Below are positions 14,040 through 26,577 of a stretch of 64,000 bases of DNA, piece by piece (the first letter of the stretch is position 1; the number at the start of each line of letters is the position of its first letter). The stretch is from Octopus sinensis (lineage: Eukaryota). The translations under genes were made by a program, and so were the position numbers. Under the pieces are notes generated by a model that saw nothing but the letters and a program-made list of their open reading frames with translations, made no database searches and had not been told where the DNA came from. The stretch is taken from NCBI RefSeq assembly GCF_006345805.1, contig NC_042998.1:167338001-167402000 (forward strand), read 5' to 3'.

Positions 14040-15041
14040 TCAAGTTTTATCACAAAGCCAGCAGATTCCGCGGTAGAGATAGCTCAATTACATCGATCCC
14101 AGTGCTCTATTGGTACTTATATTATCGACTCAGAAATGATGAAAAGCAAAGTCGGCGGAAATCTGACGTCGACTGAATTTGACTTCGGAATGTAAAATCG
14201 GACAGCCTTTTGCCCGGCACTGTAACGATTCTGCCAGCTTGCCGCTTCTCTGTATTACTCATTTCTACTAAAGGCACAAGGCCTAAAACGTTTGGGGAGT
14301 GAGGCCAATCGATTAGATGAAATGCAAAGTCGACCTCGGCGGAATTGGAACTCAGAACGTAAAGATGGGCGAAATACCGCTAAGCATTTCATCTACCGTG
14401 CTAACTATTCTACCAACTCGCCGGTTCTCTGTAATAATCCTTTCTATTTTAGGCACAAGGCCTAAAATTTGGGGAAGGGGTCTAGTCGATTTCATAGACC
14501 CCAATACGTAACTGGTACTTATTTAATCGATCTCGAAAGATGAAAGGCAAAGTCGATCCCGGCGGAAGTTGAACTCAGAACGTAGCGGCAGACGAAATAT
14601 CTATTTCTATTTCTTTACTACCCACAAGGGGCTAAACACAGAAGGGACAGACAAGGACAGACAAACGGATTAAGTCGATTACATCTACCCCAATGAGTAA
14701 CTGGTACTTAATTTATCGACCCCGAAAGGATGAAAGGCAAAGTCGACCTCGGTGGAATTTGAACTCAGAACGTAGCGGCAGACGAAATACCTATTTCTTT
14801 ACTACCCACAAGGGCTAAACACAGAGAGGACAAACAAGGACAGACAAACGGATTAAGTCGATTATATCGACCCCAGTACGTAACTGGTACTTATTTAATC
14901 GACCCCGAAAGGATGAAAGGCAAAGTCGACCTCGGTGGAATTTGAACTCAGAACGCAGCGGCAGACGAAATACTGCAAAGAATTTCGCCCGGCGTGCTAA
15001 CGATTCTGCCCGGCGTGCTAACGATTCTGCCAGCTCGCCGG
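14040..15041 (-). mobile_element. Tandem array of SINE family B with internally repeated bodies
   Basis: Repeated aaaggcaaagtcgacctcgg.ggaatttgaactcagaacg; spacer ttctctgtaataat recurs at about 14022, 14246, 14425 and 15042. Confidence 0.88.
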
Positions 15042-15489
15042 TTCTCTGTAATAATGAAGCCAATTTGCATATAAGTTTTCTTTAAAATGAAACGACTTTT
15101 ATCCACCCAACGCTCAATTTCATGCCTTCATCATGGCTTTTTAAACCGCTACTACGATGTTTCAATATTATTATATACGAACCTGTATGAGAGTTAAAGA
15201 ATACGAATAATGATAAACTCTATGACATTGCTAATCAATGCAGTAATCTGTAACCATAGTCATCTGTAACCAGTAGAAGAAGTAGTTGCTGAACTATTGG
15301 AATTGATATTGGTACACTATAAACATTTACATATGCTAAGTATTTCTTCGGTCTGTTGTTATAAATTCCAAACCTCAAAATAATTAATGGTTTTAATGTT
15401 TGAAGATTGGAGATTCATTCAGCAACAATTGACCACCATGTTTTCTATGATAAGTCATCTCCATAAAATTACATGTCCTTAGAATTAAT

Positions 15490-15645
15490 TTCAAATTTTG
15501 GCACAAGGCCAGCAATTTCTTGGGTAGGATAAGTGGATAACGTCGACCCAGTACTCGGCGTCCTTCGAACTCAGGACATAACGACGGATGAAATGCCGCC
15601 AAGCATTTTGCCTGGGGTGCCAACGATTGTGCCGGCTCACCGCCT
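15490..15645 (-). mobile_element. SINE family B, degraded
   Basis: gaactcaggac..gaaatgccgccaagcattttgcc..gccggctcaccgcc. Confidence 0.7.
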
Positions 15646-15951
15646 GAATTTTCTGTAGAAAATATTGAATGTTAGGAATGTACTACGCTGTATACCATCG
15701 CTGTACCGATACTGTAAATCATGTTTCCAACCTTCTTTGCACCAAAGACCGGGTGATCATGCACATAACAAAACACAATACAGTGCACAATATAATTCAA
15801 TTATTACAAATATAATACATATATAATGCAGAAACACCTTCCAGATTGTGATAGTCAATAAATTAGAAACGAATATTCTTTACGTGCAGCATTGTACAGT
15901 GATTGGAGATATGTCCCTAAAAACACAAACTATTAAGGTTCATATTATTAT

Positions 15952-16036
15952 ACTCTGAAGAGCATGTGGTGTTAGGTAACCACCCTGGTACCTAATATCT
16001 GTTTATCTAATAACCAGTGCGAAACCATTTGTAAGT
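15952..16036 (+). ncRNA. Type I hammerhead ribozyme motif with long stem II
   Basis: act-CTGAAGA-gcatgtggt...accagtgc-GAAA-ccatttg-TA-agt; core intact, stem I only 3 bp, stem III weak. Confidence 0.6.
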
Positions 16037-16236
16037 TCGGCTCAATGGATGTATAGTACTGTACACTTTGATTAATATGTGCGTCTGTGTGTGTGTGTGT
16101 CTAAGTAATATTGTATGCATGTATGAGTGTGAGAGTGCGTGTTGGGGTGGGTGTATATTCTTCGACTCTGAATCTGATATAATTACGGCAGAAAAGTAAA
16201 ATAGGATCAATTGTTGTACATACATACATACATACA

Positions 16237-16306
<70 letters not shown>

Positions 16307-16377
16307 CATATATATATTATATATATATATCTTATTATAAATATATATATATATATGTATATATTAAAAAAAATGTA

Positions 16378-16439
<62 letters not shown>

Positions 16440-16469
16440 TGTATATGTATATATATAGATATATATATA

Positions 16470-16701
16470 TTCTCTTATTTGTTTCAGGCATTTGACTACG
16501 GCCAGACTGGAGCATCATCTTTAGAGGTTTTAGTCGAACAAATCGGCGCCAGGGCTCATTCCTTGTCACCCTAGTACTTATTCTATCGTCCCTTTGGCAG
16601 AACCGCTAAGTTACGGGGACATAAATACACCAACAACGGTTATCAAGCGATGGTGGGGTGGTGGGGGACAAACACAGACACAAACACACAAATACACACA
16701 C

Positions 16702-16776
<75 letters not shown>

Positions 16777-17852
16777 GACTGATGAAAGAAGGTCACGAAC
16801 GACCCGTCCTTTTCATTCCTGTCCTAATTGTTGTTTCTCTTGTCCGCCTTTGATCGTCTGTCTGTCCGAATGTTTTATTGTCCTCTATTGCGTTTTTGTT
16901 CCATCTATTATTCTTTTATTCTTTTACTTCTTTCAGTCATTTTGATTGCGGCCATGCTGGAGCACCGCCTTTAGTCGGGCAAATCGACCCCAGGAATTAT
17001 TCTTTTGTAAGCCCAGTACTTATTCTATTGGTGTCTTTTGCCGAACTGCTAGCTTACGGGGACGTAAACACACCAGCGTCAGTTGTCAAGCGATGTTGGG
17101 ACACACACACACACACAAACATATATATATATATACACACACACACGACGGGCTTCTTTTAGTTTTCGTCTTACCAAATCCGCTGACAAGGCTTTGGTCA
17201 GTCCGAGGCTATAGTAGAAAACACTTGCCCAAGGTACCACGCCGTAGGACTGAACCCGGAACCACGCAGTCGGGAAGCAAGCTTCTTACCACGTAGGCAT
17301 GCATATATATATATAAATAAATAAGATGACGTAATATAATGTCTAAAAGTTGATGAACCACCTATTGATCCATTTTCTCATTGCTCTCTCTCTCCTTCCT
17401 CTCTCTCTCTCTCTCTTTATATATATATTATATATATATTATATATATATACTCTTTTACTCTTTTACTTGTTTCAGTCATTTGACTGCGGCCATGCTGG
17501 AGCACCGCCTTTTAGTCGAGCAAATCGACCCCGCGACTTATTCTTTGTAAGCCCAGTACTTATTCTATCGGTCTCTTTTGCCGAACCGCTAAGTGACGGG
17601 GACGTAAACACACCAGCATCGGTTGTCAAGCCTTGCTAGGGGACAAACACAGACACACAAACAAATACACACACATACATATATATATATATATACATAT
17701 ATACGACAGGCTTCTTTCAGTTTCCATCTACCAAATCCACTCACAAGGCATTGGTCGGCCCGAGGCTATAGCAGAAGACACTTGCCGAAGGTGCCACGCA
17801 GTGGGACTGAACCCGGAACCATGTGGTTGGTTAGCAAGCTACTTACCACACA

Positions 17853-17856
<4 letters not shown>
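16470..17856 (-). mobile_element. Cluster of three SINE family A copies; the copy at 17452-17856 is near full length
   Basis: Minus-strand head tggctgtgtggtaag...ggttcagtcccactgcgtggca (A and B boxes), internal microsatellite, 3' gtaaaaga repeats. Confidence 0.88.
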
Positions 17857-17914
<58 letters not shown>

Positions 17915-17917
17915 ATA

Positions 17918-18190
17918 AATAATATATAAATATATGCATATATACATACATACATGTACATACCTACATATATATGTACATGTACACGCATATATGGGTA
18001 CAGGACACTATAGTTATAACTATAGTGTCCTTATAACTATAGTGTCCTTTACCCATATATGTATGTATATATATACACATATATATGTAGGTATGTACAT
18101 GTATGTAAGTATATATGCATATATTTATATATTATTTGTATTATTATATGATCGAATGTCACGCATCCTTTTCCAAGTAAGTTTTATCTA
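17918..18190 (+). repeat. Fold-back inverted repeat plus short tail; dispersed family also at 37229-38270 and 52620-52712
   Basis: Arms ...catatatgggtacaggacactatag and ctatagtgtcctttacccatatatg...; tail gatcgaatgtcacgcatcc resembles 37550. Confidence 0.7.
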
Positions 18191-18894
18191 TCTATCTATT
18201 GATATATATATATATATCATTTTTTCATTTTCATTTTATCTAGTTTCAGCTCACGAGCTGTGGCCATGCTGGGGCGCCGCAATTATATATATATATATAT
18301 GAAGAGAGCATGAGTGAACAGTAGAAAGAATAAGAGAGGATGAAGAAGCGAAAGAGTTATATAAGTACTTTTATACAAGTGTTTATGTGTGCTTGTATGT
18401 GTGTGTACATATACGTGTAGATATATATGTATTTATGTGTGAATATGTATGTGCGCGTGCGTGCGTATGTTCATATATATGTGTTTGTAAAGGGAGCTGT
18501 GTGTAAGGTACCTATGTATATATAATATATATATATATTGTTGCGTTGGAACCTGTTGCATTACTCAAGCCAAACTAAACAACCATAAAACCAAGTCGTA
18601 AAAAGCCACAAAAATAGCTACTTTGATCGCCTAAGAAATACACAATAAGTTCACTTAATAGACAAAGCTTGTTTAACGTTCACTTGTGGGACTTTCTAAA
18701 TAGAGAGAACAATTGTTTGCTGGTATGATAAAAATAGCTGATTTTCTTAAAGGTGTTTATTTGGTGATATTTTGTAATTTTCCCAAGGGAAATCGTCTTG
18801 CTCATTTTGTATTAAAATATCGACTAAGATTAAAATTTACACTTAATTTTCATCGTTAAACAACTTTTTCCTCTGACCCCCTACCTCGCTACTT

Positions 18895-19215
18895 TGGGTG
18901 CCTTCTTCTTCTCCTCCTCCTTCTTCTCCTTCTTCTTCTCCTTCTTCTTCTCCTTCTTCTTCTTCTTCTTCTCCTCCTCCTCCTCCTCATTCTTCTTCTT
19001 CTTCTCCTCCTCCTCCTCCTTCTTCTTCTTCTTCTTCTTCTCGTCCCACTCCTCCTCCTCCTTCTTCTTTTTCTTCCTCTTCTTCTTCGTCGTCGTCTTC
19101 GCCTCCTCTTTGTTTCCCTTATTCCTCCACTTCCTCTACTTCCTCTTCTGCTTCCTCCTCCTTCTCTTCTTCTTCTTCTTCTTCTTCTTCTCTCCTCTTC
19201 CTTCTTCTTCTCATT
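18895..19215. repeat. (CTT)/(CCT) trinucleotide tract
   Basis: Direct reading; accounts for the poly-Arg, poly-Ser and poly-Phe ORFs. Confidence 0.95.
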
Positions 19216-19519
19216 CACTTTACCCCCTCACTCTCTTTCCCTCCTGTCTTATTTTCTCTTTTTTGTACTATTTTTGAAAGCTGTCAGTTTGATATTTTCT
19301 TTTTCATTTTCTTTTCAACCAGTAAACATTCTCACACATTGATCCATATACCTATAAATATATATAGAAAACTACTCGAAATCAGAAACGCATCAATACA
19401 CACATCTTACAAACTTTAATATATCTTATATTGCACTCAACTCTTGTGTCCCTTCCAAATATATCATAACATCCATTTTCCCCGCCTAGCCCTTTCTCTC
19501 TCTCACGCTTTGTCTCTCT

Positions 19520-19553
<34 letters not shown>

Positions 19554-19796
19554 GCTCTCTCTCTCTCTCACTCTCTCTCTCTCTCTTTGCAAATCCCACA
19601 GCCTTGTAAGTGGTGAGTTCATAATAGACTCTCATGAAAGTGCATCTTCCTCGAAACATAACAGGGTGTTATGATATAAAAGACCCAATATTAAAATTCG
19701 GTCACGGATTCTCATATTTTCAAGAACACGCATAACATTTCATTTCATTCATCAATAAATACCTTAACTACCACATATAGGCATCGAACTGGCAAA

Positions 19797-20710
19797 GGCG
19801 GCAGGCTGGCAGAAACGTTAGCACGTCGGGCGAAATGCGTCGCCATATTTCGTCTGCCGTTACGTCCTGAGTTCAAATTCCGCCGAGGGCGACTTTGCCT
19901 TTCAGCCTTTCGGGGTCGATTAAATAAGTACCAGTTACGCACTGGGGTCGATATAATCGACTTAATCCGTTTGTCTGTCCTTGTTTGGCCCCTTGTGGGT
20001 AGTAACGAAATAGACATTTTACTGAGGTCAACAAAATGCTTAGCGGTATGTCTTTAGGCGCTTTACCTTCTGAGTCCATATTTTGCCGAGATCGAGTGTG
20101 CCTTTTGGATTCGATAAAACAAGTGCCTGGAGCGATGTAATCGAGTTACATTCATCCCCTAACTTTGTTGGCCTTGTGCAAATATTTATGAGAAATTTAG
20201 ATATGATTTTCTCTAATAGTCTATAATTAGAGGTTTGAATACTCGTACGTCGAAAGAGTTCTCACTGAATTAAATTTAAGCAATAACACTACATATTTTA
20301 ATCTATTACAGCTGTTCTTTTTCTCTTCTTTTATTCTTTTACTAGTTTCAATCGCTAAACTGCAACCATGCTAGGGCACCGCGTTGGAGGATTTAGTCAA
20401 ACAGCTTGCCCCCATTAATTCGTCCCTTTTGCCAAAGCGCTAAGTTAAGGAAACGAAAGTAAACAAACGCCGGTTTTTAAACGGTGGTAGGAGATAAAGC
20501 GAAAGACATGCATGCGTACGCATATACACATGTGTGTATATATACACACAGAGACATGTACGCACGACTAGCTTCACACAGTTTCCGTTTACCAAATTCA
20601 TCCTCCAGCTAATGATCTGCTCGGATCTTAATAAATACGAGGTACCACGCACTGAAACTGAACCCGAAACAACACGGTTGAGAAGCGAACTTCTTAATCA
20701 CATAGCTATA
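19797..20710. mobile_element. SINE B copies (19797-20180, +) and a degraded SINE A (20330-20710, -)
   Basis: ggcggcaggctggcagaaacgttagcacg head; caaccatgctagggcaccgc and gaacccgaaac..ggttgagaagc motifs. Confidence 0.75.
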
Positions 20711-21864
20711 TTATTTTTTTTCTTTCTAATTCTATAATTCATATATGATTTCTATACGATCACCTGCCCCATTATGGATACGTATTTTAGTGAAAGAGCC
20801 TCAAGATGGTCCCTAGACTTGCTGCAAGAGAACCGAAAGAACTTTGGCTCAGAATCAAAATATTGTTTTCTTGCCCTAGAATGCAGGTCTAAATATTTTC
20901 TGGTGTTTAGTTACGCCCCTTTACGTCAAATACCGAAAAATACTGAGATTCAGCAATTTCGCATGTTACCTACTTATTTGTCGTCGTGTGCGAGTAATGC
21001 GAGAAAACAGTGATGGTGCCGACTAACTCCATTTACTTAATAATAAAATTAATATTTAGGGACCTTTATGCTATTTCTAAATGTTCACTGTGTAAAGAAA
21101 CGAACTATTCCTTTCCAAATTGTTACCCAATTTGTACGCTATAGAAATGGGGGTATCCACCACAATCACCTCCTTAGAATATCAAGTTTTCTGTTTCAGC
21201 TGAAATATTGTCGGTGTCAAGTTTGCAATGTCACTATTTAGTATGAACATTATGTACTACTATAATGACCGTACAAACACTGACCTTGAGAATAGTTAAA
21301 ATACATCATCATTACCACCACCATCATCATCATCATCATCATCATCATCATTATTGTAGTCATTATTCACCAGTGTCAGTTATACGAAGTTGTAGATATT
21401 TAAAGAGAAGAAATTATTTACTAAGGTACGTACGTGCGTACGAGTATCTTAATGCCTTACTACAAAACACATTTTTGGCTTTGTATCATTTTCAACGCAC
21501 CGTACTGGTTTGACATTCACTACATATTTCCTTGTTGATTGTCAATGTTGGAGAGGTTTATCACATTAATTATAAATCCAGTTATATTTTTATTTGAATT
21601 ATTCTTATTTATTTCTTATTTGACTTTTATTTATTTTCGTTTGGAGAAACACTCCATGATCGTTAATGTTTTATTATTTCTCTGTTTACAACGAATCAAT
21701 GCAACACACACACACACACACATCAATTTAGAAATTTGACAATCGTCTGGGTAATCACATACTCCTTGTAGTATGTGATGGTCAAATGGATGTCGTCTGT
21801 TACTGTAGATTTCCTAGATCAAAATGGACCTGGAGCTAAGCAATAACAATAAAAATATTTCAAA

Positions 21865-21980
21865 CACTACCTTTATCATACTGAAAAGATCGGTTCTCGT
21901 CTGATCACCGAAGTTAAGCAACGCCGAGTCTAATTAGTACTTAGATGAGTGATTGCTTCGGGAACCTACATGCTGTAATT
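21865..21980 (+). pseudogene. 5S rRNA pseudogene (diverged, near full length)
   Basis: cggttctcgtctgatcaccgaagttaagcaacgccgagtc..ttagtactt.gatg.gtga..gc.t.ggga......tgctgta follows metazoan 5S rRNA, including box A (agttaagc) and the box C region; many substitutions, single copy. Confidence 0.85.
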
Positions 21981-21992
21981 AGTTTCAGATGC

Positions 21993-22680
21993 TGGCGTGG
22001 CTGTATGTTGTAAGAAGTTTGCTTCCGAACCATAAAGTTCCGGATTCAAACCCACTGCGTGACATCTTGGGCAAGCGTCTTCGGCAAAAGCGGTTCAGCA
22101 AAAGCGACGATGAAGACGACGATGAATAGACATTATTTGTGCGGCACATCTCCTCTGCTAGTCTTTTAATCGACCTGCAGTTCACCGGGTTTGAGAAAAT
22201 GCTTACCTTTAAAAAAAAAAATACGGTTATATTTTCTTGTTTGCATTACTTTTGCAATATTTACACGTTACAAGATGACCGACCAATCCCTTGTTAGTGG
22301 ATTTGGTAAACGGAAACTGAAAGACACATGTCGTAGCAGTGCTCCAGCATGGCTTCAGTCAAATGACTGAAACAAGTTAAAGAATAAAAGAATGTGTATG
22401 TGTGTGCGTGTGCGTGTGCGAGTGTATGTGTGTGTGTGTGTGTGTGTTGTGGTGTGTGTGTGTGTGTGTGTGTGTGTTTGTCTCTGTGCTTGTCCCCGAC
22501 AACCGCTTGACAACTGGTATTATGTTTACGTTCTTGTAACTTCGCAGTTCGGCAAAATACCTCAATAGAATAAGTAGTTTACAAAAAATGAGTACTGGGG
22601 TCGATTCATTCGACTAAAACATTCTTCTAAGCGGTGCCCCAGCATGGCCACATTATAATGACTGAAACAAGATAAAAGAT
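21993..22680 (+). mobile_element. Fragmented SINE family A copies
   Basis: Head ggcgtggctgtatgttgtaagaag..ggattcaaacccactgcgtg at 21993; 3' parts at 22285-22390 and 22480-22680. Confidence 0.8.
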
Positions 22681-22940
22681 AGTTTCGTGCTCAGTGTCAC
22701 TAGAACTCGATGTCGATGATGAGTGAGAAGCCGATCAAGAAGCCATGGCGTCTCCTCTTTCAGCGTGGAACCGGCTGAAGACTAACAGCACCACTCTGTC
22801 TTCCTGTGCTGGTGAGATGAAAATAGAGATTAGAGATAGGAGATTAGCGAATGGTGGGAAATCACTAAGAAAAGCTGCAAAGCATTAATGAAACTAGATA
22901 AAAATCAAATAAAATAGACATATAAATATATGTGTGTGTG

Positions 22941-22991
<51 letters not shown>

Positions 22992-23018
22992 AAATTAGGG
23001 GAGTGGAACGGGTAAAAT

Positions 23019-23108
23019 CTAGACTACATATGTTTCTTAGCGAGTCGATCCTCTAATGTAATAATTACTCAACGAGAGACACTCTGCTTAGCTAATCATC
23101 AGGCCGAG
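23019..23108 (-). ncRNA. Type I hammerhead ribozyme motif with long stem II, next to (TA)n
   Basis: Minus strand: ctcggc-CTGATGA-ttagc...gctaa-GAAA-catatg-TA-gtctag; stem I 5 of 6 pairs, palindromic stem III. Confidence 0.8.
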
Positions 23109-23855
23109 AATACCTTAATTACATAAACGTTACATTGTCGCTTGGAATGTCAAAGTTAACTCACCGCAGATGTGCGCTGAAATGAGTAGTGAAACTTGAA
23201 GAATAGAATAATAAAAAAACAAATACTTGAAGAAATAAAACGGCCAAAAAGGATGGGGTCAAATATGTGGGAGTAGAAGTCGTATAAAAAAGAAAGAACA
23301 GGAAAAAAATAAATGAAAGAAAGCAGTAGACGTTACTCCCTACGGAGATCCGCAACTACGCGGTTTTTCGAAAGGGATTCAATGTCCGATGTAATGTTGA
23401 GACTGGGACACAACGAACTAATTAATATGCTGACTGAAGTAGATATGATATAGATAAGTATCAAGCGCTCCTAGACAATAATTTGATAAATTATGGTAAA
23501 GACCGCAGTTAGCAGTCGATCAACTATCGAAAATTTAAGGGTCTTCTTGGGTCCGTTTAAGCCAAAAATTGCCTGGGAGCAGCAATGAATAGTCCAGATT
23601 GGAAAGAAACGCAGCTCACCTCTCTCTCTGCCTTTCTTTAACCTCACCATCATTATATATTTAACTATTTTCCTCTATGTTATCACAACTTTCAACTAAG
23701 TTTTCTAATCGTGTAATAAATACCTCACGTCATTGACACATCTCTCGCCCTCTTTTCTTTCTCCATCATTTTCTCTAATCACGTGAAAGCGTTTCCGACA
23801 GGCCAAGTAACGTGTATGTATGTGTGCATGAATGTACGATATACACACACACACG

Positions 23856-23924
<69 letters not shown>

Positions 23925-23967
23925 ATATATATATATATTTACATAGATACATATACACAAGAATACA

Positions 23968-24343
23968 TACAAGTTCAGGTTTATACCTGTAATTATTGAG
24001 GTCCTGGGATATGTAATGCACTGCCTAAATACCAATCTTGAGAAATTAGGCTTCCCAAAACCAGAAAGGAAACGGCTAATTCGAAGGCTACAGATCAAAT
24101 CTATCACTGGAACTATAAAGATTTGTAAAACATTCCAGAAGTTAATCGTTTAAAATATATATGTGCAAGTCTAGATATACAACTATATGCATGAGAATAC
24201 ATACATAAGACATACAAATCTACACATACATGCATACATACACACATACATACATACATACATACATACATACATACATACATACATACATACATACATA
24301 CGTACGTACATACATACATAAACATACATACACACACACACAT

Positions 24344-24375
<32 letters not shown>

Positions 24376-24407
24376 GTGGGTGTGTGTATGTATATATTAT
24401 ATATATT

Positions 24408-24487
<80 letters not shown>

Positions 24488-24608
24488 TATATACATACAA
24501 AAATACACTGTTGTTGATGTTGAAACCCCAATGAAGGAACATTGGATTTAGGTTAGAAACCGGTTCTTTCTATATTGGCAAGAAATCTTGAAATAAACTG
24601 AATAATGA
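23968..24608 (+). mobile_element. 3' end of RLE-type (R4/Dong-like) LINE embedded in (CATA)n
   Basis: My translation of 23968-24153: YKFRFIPVIIEVLGYVMHCLNTNLEKLGFPKPERKRLIRRLQIKSITGTIKICKTFQKLIV*, parallel to IPVIVGALG...LTGT in the other RLE LINEs; ends aataatga followed by (CATA)n. Confidence 0.75.
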
Positions 24609-25727
24609 CATACATACATACATACATACATACATACATACATACATACATACCTACATACATACATACATACATATACACACACACTCATATATACATC
24701 TTCACACGTCCTGTTTTGTATTGAATGTATGGGCCGTTGTAGCAAAGAATTATAGTTGTTGTTGATTGGATATGTTAATTTCAGAATATATAAATGTGAA
24801 CAAAGAATAGCAGCAAAATCGTTGGTTCGATGCCAGGTTTCAAATCTCAGCTGAATGTGTTGCTCATTCTTCAGATATTTAATACCATTTTAATGGTTTC
24901 GGTATTTGATACAAAAGAGATGTTCCTTTTTTTTTTCCTCAATCGGTTCTACACTTCGAATCTCGCTGGTATTATTGAATTTCTATTGCTGCAGAGTTTA
25001 TTAAACAAATACCAGTAACATCATTGGCATTATTCTATGAACCGAGTAATGAAAGAGAAATAAAAGCAAGGCATAATCCGCAGTAAAAAAAAGTAGAACT
25101 TTGGAATTTTTTCAATTTTTCAAATACACTTGAAAGACAAAGATATGAATGCTATAAATCGTAATTTCAAAACTCCGACATTTTGAGAATGCAAAAAAGA
25201 AAGTATTCTATTGTTACGTCATCACAATTACATGATTTTTTAAACACAAATTGAAAGAATGGAAGATTTTAAAACAAATATTATTGCGTTCTATTATACC
25301 TTTAGTCGAGAACTTTTGAGATATTCCATAAATGACGTATGTTTAACCCCGCCCACTTTTGGTATTTTGGGCTATAAAAGGCCAGCGATTTCTCATTTCT
25401 ATCGAGGCACCAACACCGATCTAATCTGACATGATCTCAACTGATCTCGATCGGGGAAATTATAATCAGGTCAGTTGACATCAGGTCAACATACTTGGTT
25501 ACTGGTAAGTATACCAGGCGAGTACAAAACGAAGCTTTGTTTTGTTGACTTGCCAAGTCAGCATTAAAGTCTGCTTAGATGAGCATAAAATTATGTAAAC
25601 TTGCTTGTTTACGTGCCCGTAACTTAGCGGTTCGGCAAAAATACCGATAAAGTACCAGGCCCAGCAGATCACTTTTAATTTCCTCGATGATTAATTTGTA
25701 TCACTTGCATTCTATAGGAGCTCTGGG

Positions 25728-25979
25728 GTTCGATGAGAACCAACTTACCAACCTAGTCTGAAGGGAATAACACCTCGGTATTCTAGGACGAAGAAATCAT
25801 GTAATTGTGATGTAATTGTGATGACGTAACAATGCTTCGTGACAGGGTCCTCTTTCTCAGCCCTATCTAGCTCAGAGCCGGATATATAGAACCCTGTCAC
25901 GAAGCATTCCATTCTTCGTCCTAGAATACCGAGGTGTTATTCCCTTCAGACCAGGTTGGTAAGTTGGTTCTCATCGAAC
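25728..25979. repeat. Nested inverted repeat (68-bp outer arms, 18-bp inner arms)
   Basis: 25728-25795 is the reverse complement of 25912-25979 with 1 mismatch; 25831-25848 pairs with 25891-25908. Confidence 0.9.
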
Positions 25980-26300
25980 GCAGCCACCCTTACCCGTCTT
26001 GTGGATTAGCCAGAGTCTCTATAGAATACCGAGGTGTTATTTGTCAAGAGTGCCTAACGGCACTCCTTCTGCCATTCAGATTACATCTAATGAGACCGGG
26101 TTTAAATCTTTCCAGCGAGGCCGGTTGCAGCAAGAACTCCTCCGCCAGCAGACTCCTTAACACTCTCCAGGTGGCACCAGAGATATCTCAGTCTCCCCAG
26201 ACAACTCTTTAGCGGTTCCTGGCAGCACACGGAGCGCTTCACAAGTGATTTTCCCCCTCTCCACAAAAAGCGAAATAAGGAGTCGTTCCAGCTTGTTTAG

Positions 26301-26577
26301 CCCGATTCCTTCGACTAAAAATTGAAAGCGGTGCTCCTAACTTAACGGTTCGGCAAAAGGACCAATAAAACATAAGTACCAGCGTTTCAAAAAAGCGCCC
26401 GATTCCTTCGACTAAAAATTGAAAGCGGAGCTCCTAAATTAGCGGTTCGGCAACGGTTCGGCAAAAGGACCAATAAAACATAAGTACCAGCGTTTCAAAA
26501 AAGCGCCCGATTCCTTCGACTAAAAATTGAAAGCGGTGCTCCTAACTTAGCGGTTCGGCAAAAGGACCAATAAAACA
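26301..26577 (+). repeat. About 3 tandem copies of a ~100-bp unit derived from SINE A pieces
   Basis: cccgattccttcgactaaaaattgaaagcgg.gctcctaa.tta.cggttcggcaaaaggaccaataaaaca at 26301, 26398 and 26506. Confidence 0.9.

Noticed and set aside
23110-23660. Search for Penelope RT or GIY-YIG coding sequence next to the hammerheads
   Set aside because: None recognised anywhere in the window, so the Penelope assignment rests on architecture only
26301-26577. Regularly spaced repeats resembling a CRISPR array
   Set aside because: Whole units repeat with no unique spacers, they are SINE-derived, the context is eukaryotic, and there are no cas genes
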